NCBI GenBank assembly: GCA_964449435.1
Contig: CAYUYR010000007.1
Coordinates: 11,504 to 75,503 of the forward strand
Origin: an uncultured Planctomycetaceae bacterium
GTDB lineage: Bacteria > Planctomycetota > Phycisphaerae > Sedimentisphaerales > UBA12454
Direction of reading: 5' to 3'
DNA: 64,000 bases
Of the stretch, positions 56,456 through 64,000 are shown one piece after another. Position numbers and translations under genes: made by a program. Within the stretch, counting starts at the first letter, position 1. Each line of letters opens with the position of its first letter. Below the pieces are notes generated by a model that saw nothing but the letters and a program-made list of their open reading frames with translations, made no database searches and had not been told where the DNA came from.

Positions 56456-57085
56456 ATGAAGAATTTTAAAACAGTATTTTTGGTATTGCTGCTGTTTGTG
56501 GCGGGCTGCGGAGTCGATTCCTCTTATAAATCGGCAGGAAATTATTATTTTCTAAATTCGGATAAAGACATCAGCTCCGTCGGCAGAGTTATTTTGGTCG
56601 AATTGGCAAACGATTCGACTTATCCTTACGTCTCCGCTGACATAACCGATGCGCTTTACGAGTCTGTGCAGAAAAAGCAGATTTTCGGACTGACACTTAT
56701 CCGTCAAAACGACCCTGCATGGCGAAATTTGCAGTTAGATGCCTATGCTTCGTACACATTCGAGCAGTTGTCCGCGATACAAAAGACATTCAGGTGCAAT
56801 GCGGTATTAAGAGGCGTTGTTACCCGATACCAGCCTTTTCCGCATATGGTTATCGGCCTTCGATTGGAGCTTATAGACCTTGCCGACGGACAGTTATTAT
56901 GGGCTCTGGAACAAATTTGGGACGCCGCCGATAAAAACACGCAGGATAGGGTAAAAAAGTATTATAACCATCGTATTTTACCGGGCTCAGATAGTCTGGA
57001 AGTCGGATTAGGGACGGTTAGCTCGATAAAATTTATTAGATTCGCGGCTTATGAAACAGCAGAGACTTTACAGCGGGAAGAATAA
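56456..57085 (+). CDS. lipoprotein, unknown function
   Basis: 209 aa. Lipobox LLLFVAG|C. Core VILVELANDSTYPYVSADITDALYESV...AVLRGVVTRYQPF...LELIDLADGQLLWAL. Confidence 0.6.
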   Translation: MKNFKTVFLVLLLFVAGCGVDSSYKSAGNYYFLNSDKDISSVGRVILVELANDSTYPYVSADITDALYESVQKKQIFGLTLIRQNDPAWRNLQLDAYASYTFEQLSAIQKTFRCNAVLRGVVTRYQPFPHMVIGLRLELIDLADGQLLWALEQIWDAADKNTQDRVKKYYNHRILPGSDSLEVGLGTVSSIKFIRFAAYETAETLQREE

Positions 57086-57162
57086 AGGTTTTAAAAGCAC
57101 GGTTTTGTCGGTATAAGTGAGTAATAACTTTAAAAAAAAATGAAAAATATTTAAAAAAATCG

Positions 57163-57189
57163 TAAAGTTTTGACAAAAACCTGCGAAAA
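57163..57189 (+). promoter_or_regulatory. sigma28 (FliA) promoter of flgM
   Basis: TAAAGTTT-N11-TGCGAAAA, 34 nt upstream of the flgM ATG. Confidence 0.55.
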
Positions 57190-57222
57190 GGATAATAGTC
57201 AAGGCGAAAAGGCGCTGAAAAA

Positions 57223-57492
57223 ATGATAGAAAAAATAGAAAATAATCCTGTTACTGATATCTTGAAAGACCCGTCTTCCAAAATATCAAAGACATCTAAT
57301 GGCTCTGCCAATAACCAGACGGATGCTTCGCTGCAGATTAGCAGTAATTCTTTGGTTGAAAAGGCAAAACAGGCCCAGCCGGGAGATGCCGATGCAGTAC
57401 AGCAGGCACGTCAGCTCCTATCGTCCGGCAAGCTGGACAGTCCTGAAAACATTCGCGCAGCCGCGGAATCGATTGTGAAGTTCGGCGTATAA
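57223..57492 (+). CDS. flgM: anti-sigma-28 factor FlgM
   Basis: 89 aa, disordered-looking N-terminus. C-terminal AVQQARQLLSSGKLDSPENIRAAAESIVKF matches the FlgM C-terminal helix pattern. A sigma28-type promoter lies upstream. Confidence 0.7.
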   Translation: MIEKIENNPVTDILKDPSSKISKTSNGSANNQTDASLQISSNSLVEKAKQAQPGDADAVQQARQLLSSGKLDSPENIRAAAESIVKFGV

Positions 57493-57670
57493 GAGCCGGC
57501 TAAAAAGTTTATATTGCAGGACCGTTCGCCGACAGGCAAATCAGCACTTCTCAAAACATTTTATAACCTTGACGAAAAAATGTGCATAATATCTCTCCAT
57601 TTATCTGTTTTTCATTGTTTTTGTACTTATTGCAAGGCGTAATTAAGTAAGCAGGTCGAACAGGTCTGGT

Positions 57671-58144
57671 ATGAAAAAACGGGCAGCAATAAAGAGCGAA
57701 TTCAAAAAGCTTTGGAGATATTACATCCTGCAAAGCCTGTTGGCTGCCATAGTAGTATTTGTTCTCATTTTGGTTCTGGGCAAATATAAACTGGTTTTAG
57801 TCAGCGCGATGGGTGCCACCACTTTTATCGTATTTGCGACGCCTCAGACAATTTCAGCGAAAACAAAGAATGTTATCGGAGGGCATCTGATAGGCTTGTT
57901 TTCAGGCGCTATATTCTATTTTACTATGATGCCGTATTTTATTGAATATCCTCTCGTTATAGGATTAGCGATTTTACTTATGGTAATGTTGGGCCTTGAG
58001 CATCCTCCTGCCGCCGGTACTGCCTTGGCAGTAGTAATTAATGAGGTTTCGCTGCTTGAAGCTTTCATTATCGTAATGTTGAGTGCGGTGATTTTATCTC
58101 AATGCCGTTATTACCTAAGACATTACCTGAAGGATTTGGTGTGA
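57671..58144 (+). CDS. HPP-family membrane protein
   Basis: 157 aa, 4-5 TM, with GLEHPPAAGTALAVV (HPP motif). Confidence 0.75.
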   Translation: MKKRAAIKSEFKKLWRYYILQSLLAAIVVFVLILVLGKYKLVLVSAMGATTFIVFATPQTISAKTKNVIGGHLIGLFSGAIFYFTMMPYFIEYPLVIGLAILLMVMLGLEHPPAAGTALAVVINEVSLLEAFIIVMLSAVILSQCRYYLRHYLKDLV

Positions 58145-58537
58145 TTTTTGCCCCATCGGGGTTTATGCGCAATAATCGAGAAATAATCCCATCGGAAAAC
58201 TGTTTCCAATCTCTATACCGGCTTTGAAGATTCCGGCCGGATTGAAATATGCGCAGGTCTCTTTTGGAGAGCCATTGGGCCGTTTGGCCGACGATGGATA
58301 CTCATCTCTTTGGCCAAAAGGCACTGAATTTACAACTATACATGGAATTCGTTTTATCACTTCTTCTTCACTCCCAACCGCCTTTATAATAGCAGATTTG
58401 AGCGCAAAAATCAATAAAATCACACTGCCCTCGGCTCGAAGGCCGCCAGGCCTGCGGCTTAAGATATAACATTGTCTTTAACAAGGACTTATGGTATTAT
58501 AGACGCATTAACAATCATTTTAATTTGGTCGTAAAAA

Positions 58538-58738
58538 ATGCAGATTATCGCTAAATGCCCTAATTGCGGCGACAGCCAAATGCTCGATGCGGATGCCGCG
58601 GACAGAAGAATTACTTGTCAAATGTGCGGCAGGCTTTTCAAAGTCCCCAAACTGGACGAGGTGTCAAAAGCGGTTAAAATAATAGAGCAGGCAAAGGGTA
58701 CGATTTATGTGGACAAGAAAGGGAAGACCTACGGCTGA
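58538..58738 (+). CDS. zinc-ribbon protein
   Basis: 66 aa, two CxxC pairs (CPNCG...CQMCG). Confidence 0.6.
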   Translation: MQIIAKCPNCGDSQMLDADAADRRITCQMCGRLFKVPKLDEVSKAVKIIEQAKGTIYVDKKGKTYG

Positions 58739-58743
58739 TATTT

Positions 58744-59586
58744 TCAGGCCGGCAGGGCGGCTGGGGCAAATTTCTTTTTTGATGTCTTTTGTTTTAGAAT
58801 TTCGGCGAATCGTTTGACCATTTCCGCCGCAGGCCAGGTGCGTCTTGCCCGCTCGATATTATCCTGTGCCCATGCGAATGACAAAGGAAGCATTATCGCC
58901 TCAACTTCTGTTTGTTCCAGTTCGCAGGCTAATTGACCGAGCGATTCGAGAACACTCACCGGCATTATCGCTACATTCGGTCTGCATTTGCTTTTTATCT
59001 GGCACGAAGCCGATGAGCCTGTAACGATATGCTCACGGCAGGCAAGAGGCCGTTGTTCATATAACGTGCATAAGCTTTTCGACAGGAGCGGGCAGGGCAG
59101 TTTGAGTTCGCCGTACCATTTGTTTATCTGGCTTATACGCGGTTTTCCATTTTTCGAAAATCTCTCCAATTGGGCGTTTCGTTTAGCTTTATCGAGGATT
59201 TTCTCTGCCGTCTCAATGCAGGAACGCATAATTTGGTTGCTTGTATCACTTGGCATTGCCAACAGTTCTTCTCTGAGCCGAAAGGCTTCTGGAACCGACA
59301 GCGGTATCAAAGAGCTGCAGCAGGCACAGCACCCTTTAAAGCAGGGGACAATATGCCCCTTTTCTCTGAGGTCGGCGGAAAATGCAACGGCCAATTTAAT
59401 AGAAATTTTTCGAGCAAGAGGAACTATGTCCGCCAATGTCGCGTTTTTAGCCGTAACATCGATATGAAAAGGAATTTTTTTACCGCCTATATCCAGTTCA
59501 AAATCGATAAATTCTCCGCTGATAAAATCACTGTCGCAGGTTTCTTGAAGATTATCCAAAACTGTTATAGTTTGATTTTCAGTCAT
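58744..59586 (-). CDS. YkgJ/UPF0153-type cysteine-cluster (putative Fe/Zn-binding) protein
   Basis: 280 aa. PCFKGCCACCSSLIP and LPCPLLSKSLCTLYEQRPLACREH match the CxxCxxCC-family pattern. Confidence 0.65.
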   Translation of the reverse strand: MTENQTITVLDNLQETCDSDFISGEFIDFELDIGGKKIPFHIDVTAKNATLADIVPLARKISIKLAVAFSADLREKGHIVPCFKGCCACCSSLIPLSVPEAFRLREELLAMPSDTSNQIMRSCIETAEKILDKAKRNAQLERFSKNGKPRISQINKWYGELKLPCPLLSKSLCTLYEQRPLACREHIVTGSSASCQIKSKCRPNVAIMPVSVLESLGQLACELEQTEVEAIMLPLSFAWAQDNIERARRTWPAAEMVKRFAEILKQKTSKKKFAPAALPA

Positions 59587-59601
59587 AGCTCGTCTTTAAG
59601 C

Positions 59602-59985
59602 TTACGGTGTTTCCGGCTCAATCACTGGGCTGTCATTAGCGTCCATTTCTTTAGATGTGTCGATATTGAGAGCTTTTTCAATTCTCGCCGTTTTTTTGGA
59701 CAATTCCGTTAGTTTTCGGTCGATTGAAGCTAGTCTTTTATTGATTTCTTTGACTTCGGTATTAATGCTTGCGAAGTTTTTTTCGTTCATAGACATTAGG
59801 CGGTCCATCATACGTTCGTAGGCATTGATGACTCTGCCGAGGTCGTTTTGATATTCCGGCAGGGTGATTTCCGGCTCAACCGTGTATTTCTTCTCACTGC
59901 CGTGAATCGAATCGGAAAACGCAATCACAATCAGACAGATGATTAAGACGATGCTTACAGCCAATAAATTTTTATTCTTATCCAT
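59602..59985 (-). CDS. membrane-anchored coiled-coil protein
   Basis: 127 aa. N-terminal TM LLAVSIVLIICLIVIAF, then a coiled coil. Confidence 0.5.
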   Translation of the reverse strand: MDKNKNLLAVSIVLIICLIVIAFSDSIHGSEKKYTVEPEITLPEYQNDLGRVINAYERMMDRLMSMNEKNFASINTEVKEINKRLASIDRKLTELSKKTARIEKALNIDTSKEMDANDSPVIEPETP

Positions 59986-60181
59986 TGGATGTCTCCATTT
60001 TGGATATATTTTTCCTTTTTATGCGAATAATCTGATACTTTTAATTAAATCGACAATTTTTAACGGTAAGGCCATTTCGGAAAGTACCTGATTTTGCCCA
60101 CCCCCATGCTTTCTTGCCGGCCTCCGCATCTCTCGATGCAAGTCGAGGCGGCAGGCGGAAGCAAGAATGGGGGGTGTTTGG

Positions 60182-60484
60182 TCATGCAATTCCCATAGCG
60201 AGGGCACATTTTACCAGCTCGGCTGCGTTTTTAGTGCCGAGTTTACGCATTAATCGGTTGCGGTGATATTCAATCGTCCTCTCACTCCTGCAGATTTTTT
60301 GCGATATCTCTTTATTGGTATTACCTGCTAAAATCAGCTTTAGAATCTCATCTTCTCGTTTAGTTAAGTCTTTGTGTACACTGATTTTAAGCAGGGTGTT
60401 TTCCAGAAGTTCATCTGGTTTCGGTTGTTTTTCCGAGCCGGACAAGGTGTCTTTTTCCACTAATAAAGTTGAATTGTCGGACAT
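60182..60484 (-). CDS. LuxR/GerE-family HTH transcriptional regulator (stand-alone DNA-binding domain)
   Basis: 100 aa, LTKREDEILKLILAGNTNKEISQKICRSERTIEYHRNRLMRKLG. Confidence 0.8.
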   Translation of the reverse strand: MSDNSTLLVEKDTLSGSEKQPKPDELLENTLLKISVHKDLTKREDEILKLILAGNTNKEISQKICRSERTIEYHRNRLMRKLGTKNAAELVKCALAMGIA

Positions 60485-60724
60485 AATATATCGACTTTTT
60501 TATAAATTTAGCGGCTATTTACAGTAATTCTCGAAAATAACTGGCCGAACTTAAGGGGTTTTCGTGGAAAATGCGGAAAATTGGCAAATTTGGAGGTAAA
60601 TCCTAAAGTATTTACAAATTTTAACGAAAAAGAAATAGTAAGTATTGTCGTTTGGTGCCGGCATATCCAAAAGATTGCTGAAGCAGCGAGAAATGAGCAA
60701 ATATCTTCTGAATGGTTTTAACAA

Positions 60725-61921
60725 ATGACAGCATCTCGAACAGATATCAAATCGCGTACAGTAGAATTGGCGACAACGGCTTTTGAGGCCTTTTGCGGCG
60801 ATGTTTCCAGTATGTTCGGAACAGAGGCGAAATGCGCTCATAAAGGAATGACTACCGAAACCGTTAAGGGACTCAGTCAAAAATTTGAAAAGCTTTCAGC
60901 CGTCAACTTTATTGACTCAAATGGGATTTTAAACGGTACTTTCCCGATAGTTTTTGACCAGGGCGGCTTATTTACATTGGCCGGCATTATTGTAATGCTG
61001 CCGGCGGGAAAGATTCTCGATAGCAGAAATCGCGGCTCGGCCGAGGAAGCCGAGGCTCTGATTGAGACTATTAAGCAGGGCGGCAATCTGCTTGTCGGCA
61101 GTTGGGACAGAATCTTTCGCGAAAAGCTCGAAGGACACGGCAAATTCACGCACTCAAATACGCATATCGGAAATCCCTGGGATAATCCGAAAGAAAAGAT
61201 AGGTCTGACCGATACAGAAGAATTTACGTTTATTTCTTATGAAATGACAATCGGCGAGCATCCGCCGTTCAATTGCGGAGTTGTTTTGCCGGAAGCGATT
61301 TTTCAAACGCCTCCGCCGGCAGAGGAAAAAATCGAAGAAATACCGCAGGAAGCGGATATCGCAGAACCTGCCGCAGGGCCGGTTTCTGAAACTATACAAA
61401 AAATGGCGCAATCTTCGGCAGATTTGCCCGATGGAGCAAATCCCGCCTTATCGGTATTGTGTGCTAAAGATGTAATGCAAAAAGAGGTTCTCTGGGGCAG
61501 CAGCGATGAAGGTGTTCAGCAGGCTATGGCGAAGATGCAGCAGGCCGATGTGGGTTATATGGTGGTAGGCAGCAATGGCCAGCTCGACGGCATAGTCTCG
61601 ACATTTGATTTAGCTTCGACTGTCAGTGTTTATCTTAAACCTATGTTCGCCAAATGGCGGCGGCCTGCAGATGACGCGACGCTGCAAATCAGAGTGAAGT
61701 GGATAATGACGAGACCTGTCCGCACAATAAAGCCGGAAACTCCGGTTCTCGAAATAATGGAAGATATGTGTCAATCCGGCCTGCGTTGTTTTCCTGTTGT
61801 TGAGAAGGACGGGAAAGTGGTTGGTCTGATAACCATATTTGATGTTTTGAGGGCAATATTGAAAGCTCATTCCAGCCATTCTTTTGCAGGCAAAGCTCCC
61901 CAGACGTCATCGTTGGTATAA
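60725..61921 (+). CDS. CBS-pair protein with N-terminal CheC/CheX-like domain (N-domain call tentative)
   Basis: 398 aa. C-terminal tandem CBS (AKDVMQKEVLWGS...DGIVSTFDL; WIMTRPVRTIKPETPVLEI...VVGLITIFDVLRAI). The N-terminal ~200 aa resembles CheX-type folds (TVELATTAFEAFCGDVSSMFG...GTFPIVFDQGGLFTLAGIIVML). Confidence 0.6.
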   Translation: MTASRTDIKSRTVELATTAFEAFCGDVSSMFGTEAKCAHKGMTTETVKGLSQKFEKLSAVNFIDSNGILNGTFPIVFDQGGLFTLAGIIVMLPAGKILDSRNRGSAEEAEALIETIKQGGNLLVGSWDRIFREKLEGHGKFTHSNTHIGNPWDNPKEKIGLTDTEEFTFISYEMTIGEHPPFNCGVVLPEAIFQTPPPAEEKIEEIPQEADIAEPAAGPVSETIQKMAQSSADLPDGANPALSVLCAKDVMQKEVLWGSSDEGVQQAMAKMQQADVGYMVVGSNGQLDGIVSTFDLASTVSVYLKPMFAKWRRPADDATLQIRVKWIMTRPVRTIKPETPVLEIMEDMCQSGLRCFPVVEKDGKVVGLITIFDVLRAILKAHSSHSFAGKAPQTSSLV

Positions 61922-62066
61922 CAGCTGTATCGGACGTTTAACCTTTCTTTTTTTTGTATCAAATTAGGTACTTTCCGAAATACATTACCACCCTAAAAAT
62001 GTCGAATTAAGGGATAGGCAAATTGATATAACTTCAGATACTGTACTATGTATAAGGAAGGAAACT

Positions 62067-62936
62067 ATGGAAACCAACAGCACAATCGCAGAACGTTTCG
62101 GACAATCGGCACAGGTTAATAATTCACAGTTATCCGGTGCAACTGCTGATACGAGTGTCGAATTAGTATTGGACTTTATCGCGGCGTCGCAGGAACATCT
62201 CAAATCTGCGGAAGAAGGGCTGGGCAAACTAAGGACAAAACCTGATGATAAAGAAACGCTTAATCAGATATTCCGCTCGTTCAATACGATAAAGGGTATG
62301 GCGTGGTTTTTAAATCTGACGGACGTGGGGTCGCTGGCGCATTCGGCTGAAAATCTGCTCGGCCTTGCTCTTAAGGGCGATCTGATATTCGGCGGAAATA
62401 ATATACAGGCTGTTGCTGCATCGATAGATATGCTGGGAATCATAATCATTAATCTGAAAAAGTCGACGGAACCGAACAAAGCGTTGTCCGGCAGGGCTAA
62501 TTCGCGTGCCGGAAAATATAATACTCAGACGTTTATCGCGGGAACGGTTATGACTGCTGATGTAATCAGTGTTAAACGGCAGACCGATGTATATGACGCT
62601 ATAAAAATACTGTCGGAAAGCGATATTACCGGTATGCCTGTTGTTAACGACGATATGAGTATCGCAGGTGTTATATCGGAAAAAGACGTATTAAAACTGT
62701 TATATGATGTAGATACCAGAACGGGCAGGGTTGAAGACTTTATGACGAAAGGCGTTGTCAGTTTTAATATAGACGATAGTCTGATTGATATTACCGAGTG
62801 CCTTATGAAAAACAGTTTCCGAAGAGTCCCGATAACCGCGGAGGGCAAACTCGTAGGCATTATCAGCAGAAAAGATATCATCGAATATATATTGAAGTTG
62901 CGAAAGAAGGATAAAGCCTGTCGCTGTTCAATATGA
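62067..62936 (+). CDS. Hpt-like domain (His replaced by Asn) fused to a CBS pair
   Basis: 289 aa. LDFIAASQEHLKSAEEGLGKL...ETLNQIFRSFNTIKGMAWF aligns with the CheA-P1/Hpt motif IFRAAHSIKG, with N73 at the His position. C-terminal tandem CBS (AGTVMTADVISV...; FMTKGVVSF...GKLVGIISRKDII). Confidence 0.65.
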   Translation: METNSTIAERFGQSAQVNNSQLSGATADTSVELVLDFIAASQEHLKSAEEGLGKLRTKPDDKETLNQIFRSFNTIKGMAWFLNLTDVGSLAHSAENLLGLALKGDLIFGGNNIQAVAASIDMLGIIIINLKKSTEPNKALSGRANSRAGKYNTQTFIAGTVMTADVISVKRQTDVYDAIKILSESDITGMPVVNDDMSIAGVISEKDVLKLLYDVDTRTGRVEDFMTKGVVSFNIDDSLIDITECLMKNSFRRVPITAEGKLVGIISRKDIIEYILKLRKKDKACRCSI

Positions 62937-62940
62937 TTTC

Positions 62941-63333
62941 CTAATATTCGTACATCCAACTCCATCTTGCGGGGGTTGTCTCTTTTACCAATTCGTACTC
63001 GTAAACATATCTTCTCTCATAATTATCGAATTTGGAAAAGTCGAGATGTATAGCTGAAGAAGGATAAAAATCCACTATGCAGTAATATGTTTTTAAGCGG
63101 GGTATGTATTTATAATCGCACTGCATAACAATACCGCGGGTATTTTCCTTGAGCATTTTATATCTTACGACATCTCCGTTTTGAAACTTCGGAGCAGGAT
63201 AGGCATCTGTCAGCCTGCAAACTTCTTCTCCCAATCCGGGCAGGGCGACAGAATCGCCGAGCCTTATTTTCGCACAACCGGCCAAAAACATTATTGATGT
63301 TGCTATTGTCAGCAGTAAAATTTTCTTAATCAT
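62941..63333 (-). CDS. lipoprotein, unknown function
   Basis: Start taken at ATG 63333 (MIKKILLLTIATSIMFLAG|C lipobox), with SD AAGGAGG 7 nt upstream. The track start TTG 63354 lies inside the SD region. Confidence 0.6.
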   Translation of the reverse strand: MIKKILLLTIATSIMFLAGCAKIRLGDSVALPGLGEEVCRLTDAYPAPKFQNGDVVRYKMLKENTRGIVMQCDYKYIPRLKTYYCIVDFYPSSAIHLDFSKFDNYERRYVYEYELVKETTPARWSWMYEY

Positions 63334-63485
63334 TTCATATCCTCCTTTGCGCAAATAAAAAAACCGGCGGACAGAAAACTATCCATCCGTGGCTTTGTGC
63401 AAATTTACGCAGGTATTATATCAGATTAGAGCGGTGATTGTCAAATTGTTATTTGATTGATATGGAGTGATTTATCGGCGATATT

Positions 63486-63896
63486 TTAATTTTTAGGCTG
63501 TGCCTCTGATTGATTGGAAAGTCTTTGAAGCCGGCCGTTAAGCAGTTTCACGGCCTCGGCATTGCGGCTTTGAAGGGTCTCGAAACGCCTCGTAACATCG
63601 GCTAACTGGTCCTGCAGTTTTTTAATCTCCGCTTTAGAGCTGTTAAGTTCGCTCTGGCTTCGCTGAAGGTCGTTGCCGGCTATAATCGCATTGGCCTTAA
63701 CTTTAGCAATTTCAGCCTCAGCTTCTGTCAATTTCTTTTCGAGAGGTCTGATTTCGGCGACCTTTTCAGCCAAATTCTCCCTGCTGTTATAGAGGATAAG
63801 GCAAACTAAAGATAATATTACGACAAGTATCGCCGCACAGGCGGTAATGCCCTGCCAAATAAATTTGGCCTTGACCTGGTCGGTAATAATGCCCAA
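63486..63896 (-). CDS. membrane-anchored coiled-coil protein (5' end uncertain)
   Basis: TM ITACAAILVVILSLVCLILY, then a coiled coil (KLTEAEAEIAKVKANA...). The reading frame stays open from 63896 to the window end, so the true start may lie beyond 64000. Confidence 0.45.
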   Translation of the reverse strand: MGIITDQVKAKFIWQGITACAAILVVILSLVCLILYNSRENLAEKVAEIRPLEKKLTEAEAEIAKVKANAIIAGNDLQRSQSELNSSKAEIKKLQDQLADVTRRFETLQSRNAEAVKLLNGRLQRLSNQSEAQPKN

Positions 63897-64000
63897 AAGC
63901 AGCTCGCTGCTGCGGACTGTTTGATTTGAGGCCGGTTTTTTATCGTCTTTTTTAATACTCCTGGCGACATTTGGGGATTCTTCGGCGGTTTCAGGCGACA

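Noticed and set aside
58145-58537. 393-bp gap with two mutually antisense ORFs (58163..58423 minus, 58224..58469 plus). The minus ORF has a vaguely enzyme-tail-like ...NPAGIFKAG... stretch, which raised the idea of a gene remnant.
   Set aside because: I recognise no motif with confidence. There is no SD, and the two ORFs exclude each other. This cannot be distinguished from non-coding sequence or a decayed fragment without a database search.

Overview
Bacterial chromosomal window, roughly 50% GC by eye. I recognised no rRNA, tRNA, CRISPR array, transposase or phage gene. All calls come from reading the translations and DNA motifs by eye; no database or HMM search was possible. (1) 1-6026, minus strand: the promoter-proximal part of a V-type ATPase operon in the order G/H-like, I, K, E, C, F, A. 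This matches Enterococcus hirae ntpFIKECGA. Subunit A runs off the window start, and rotor subunit K carries the Na+-binding signature. (2) 6.4-57.5 kb: an almost complete flagellar regulon of about 50 genes. It includes fliS-fliC; a divergent TPR-glycosyltransferase-like gene plus a SAM methyltransferase; and fliK divergent from flgBC-fliEFGHIJ-motE-like-motA-motB-motB. It continues with fliOPQR-flhB; a 16-kb minus-strand unit flgD-flgE-PilZ-like-flgFGAHIJ-flgN-flgKL-TPR-TPR-x-fliD; and a plus-strand unit EBP1 | TPR-TPR-EBP2-fliLMN-flhA-x-fliA-four unknowns | flgM. Five near-consensus sigma54 promoters (TGGCAC-N5-TTGCT) and three sigma28-type promoters sit where class II/III and class IV flagellar promoters are expected. 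(3) 57.6-64 kb: small miscellaneous genes (HPP membrane protein, zinc ribbon, YkgJ-type Cys-cluster protein, LuxR-type HTH, two CBS-pair fusion proteins, lipoprotein, coiled-coil membrane proteins). The points most worth a second look are: an ~85-aa module shared by the hook (FlgE) and cap (FliD) proteins; tandem MotB paralogs behind one MotA; four GTCCTATAAA direct repeats upstream of the first sigma54 activator; a 22-nt element shared by sigma54 promoter regions; two activators with degenerate receiver domains and no kinase; no flhF/flhG; and unannotatable gene blocks embedded in the regulon (45.0-48.6 kb and 55.4-57.1 kb).
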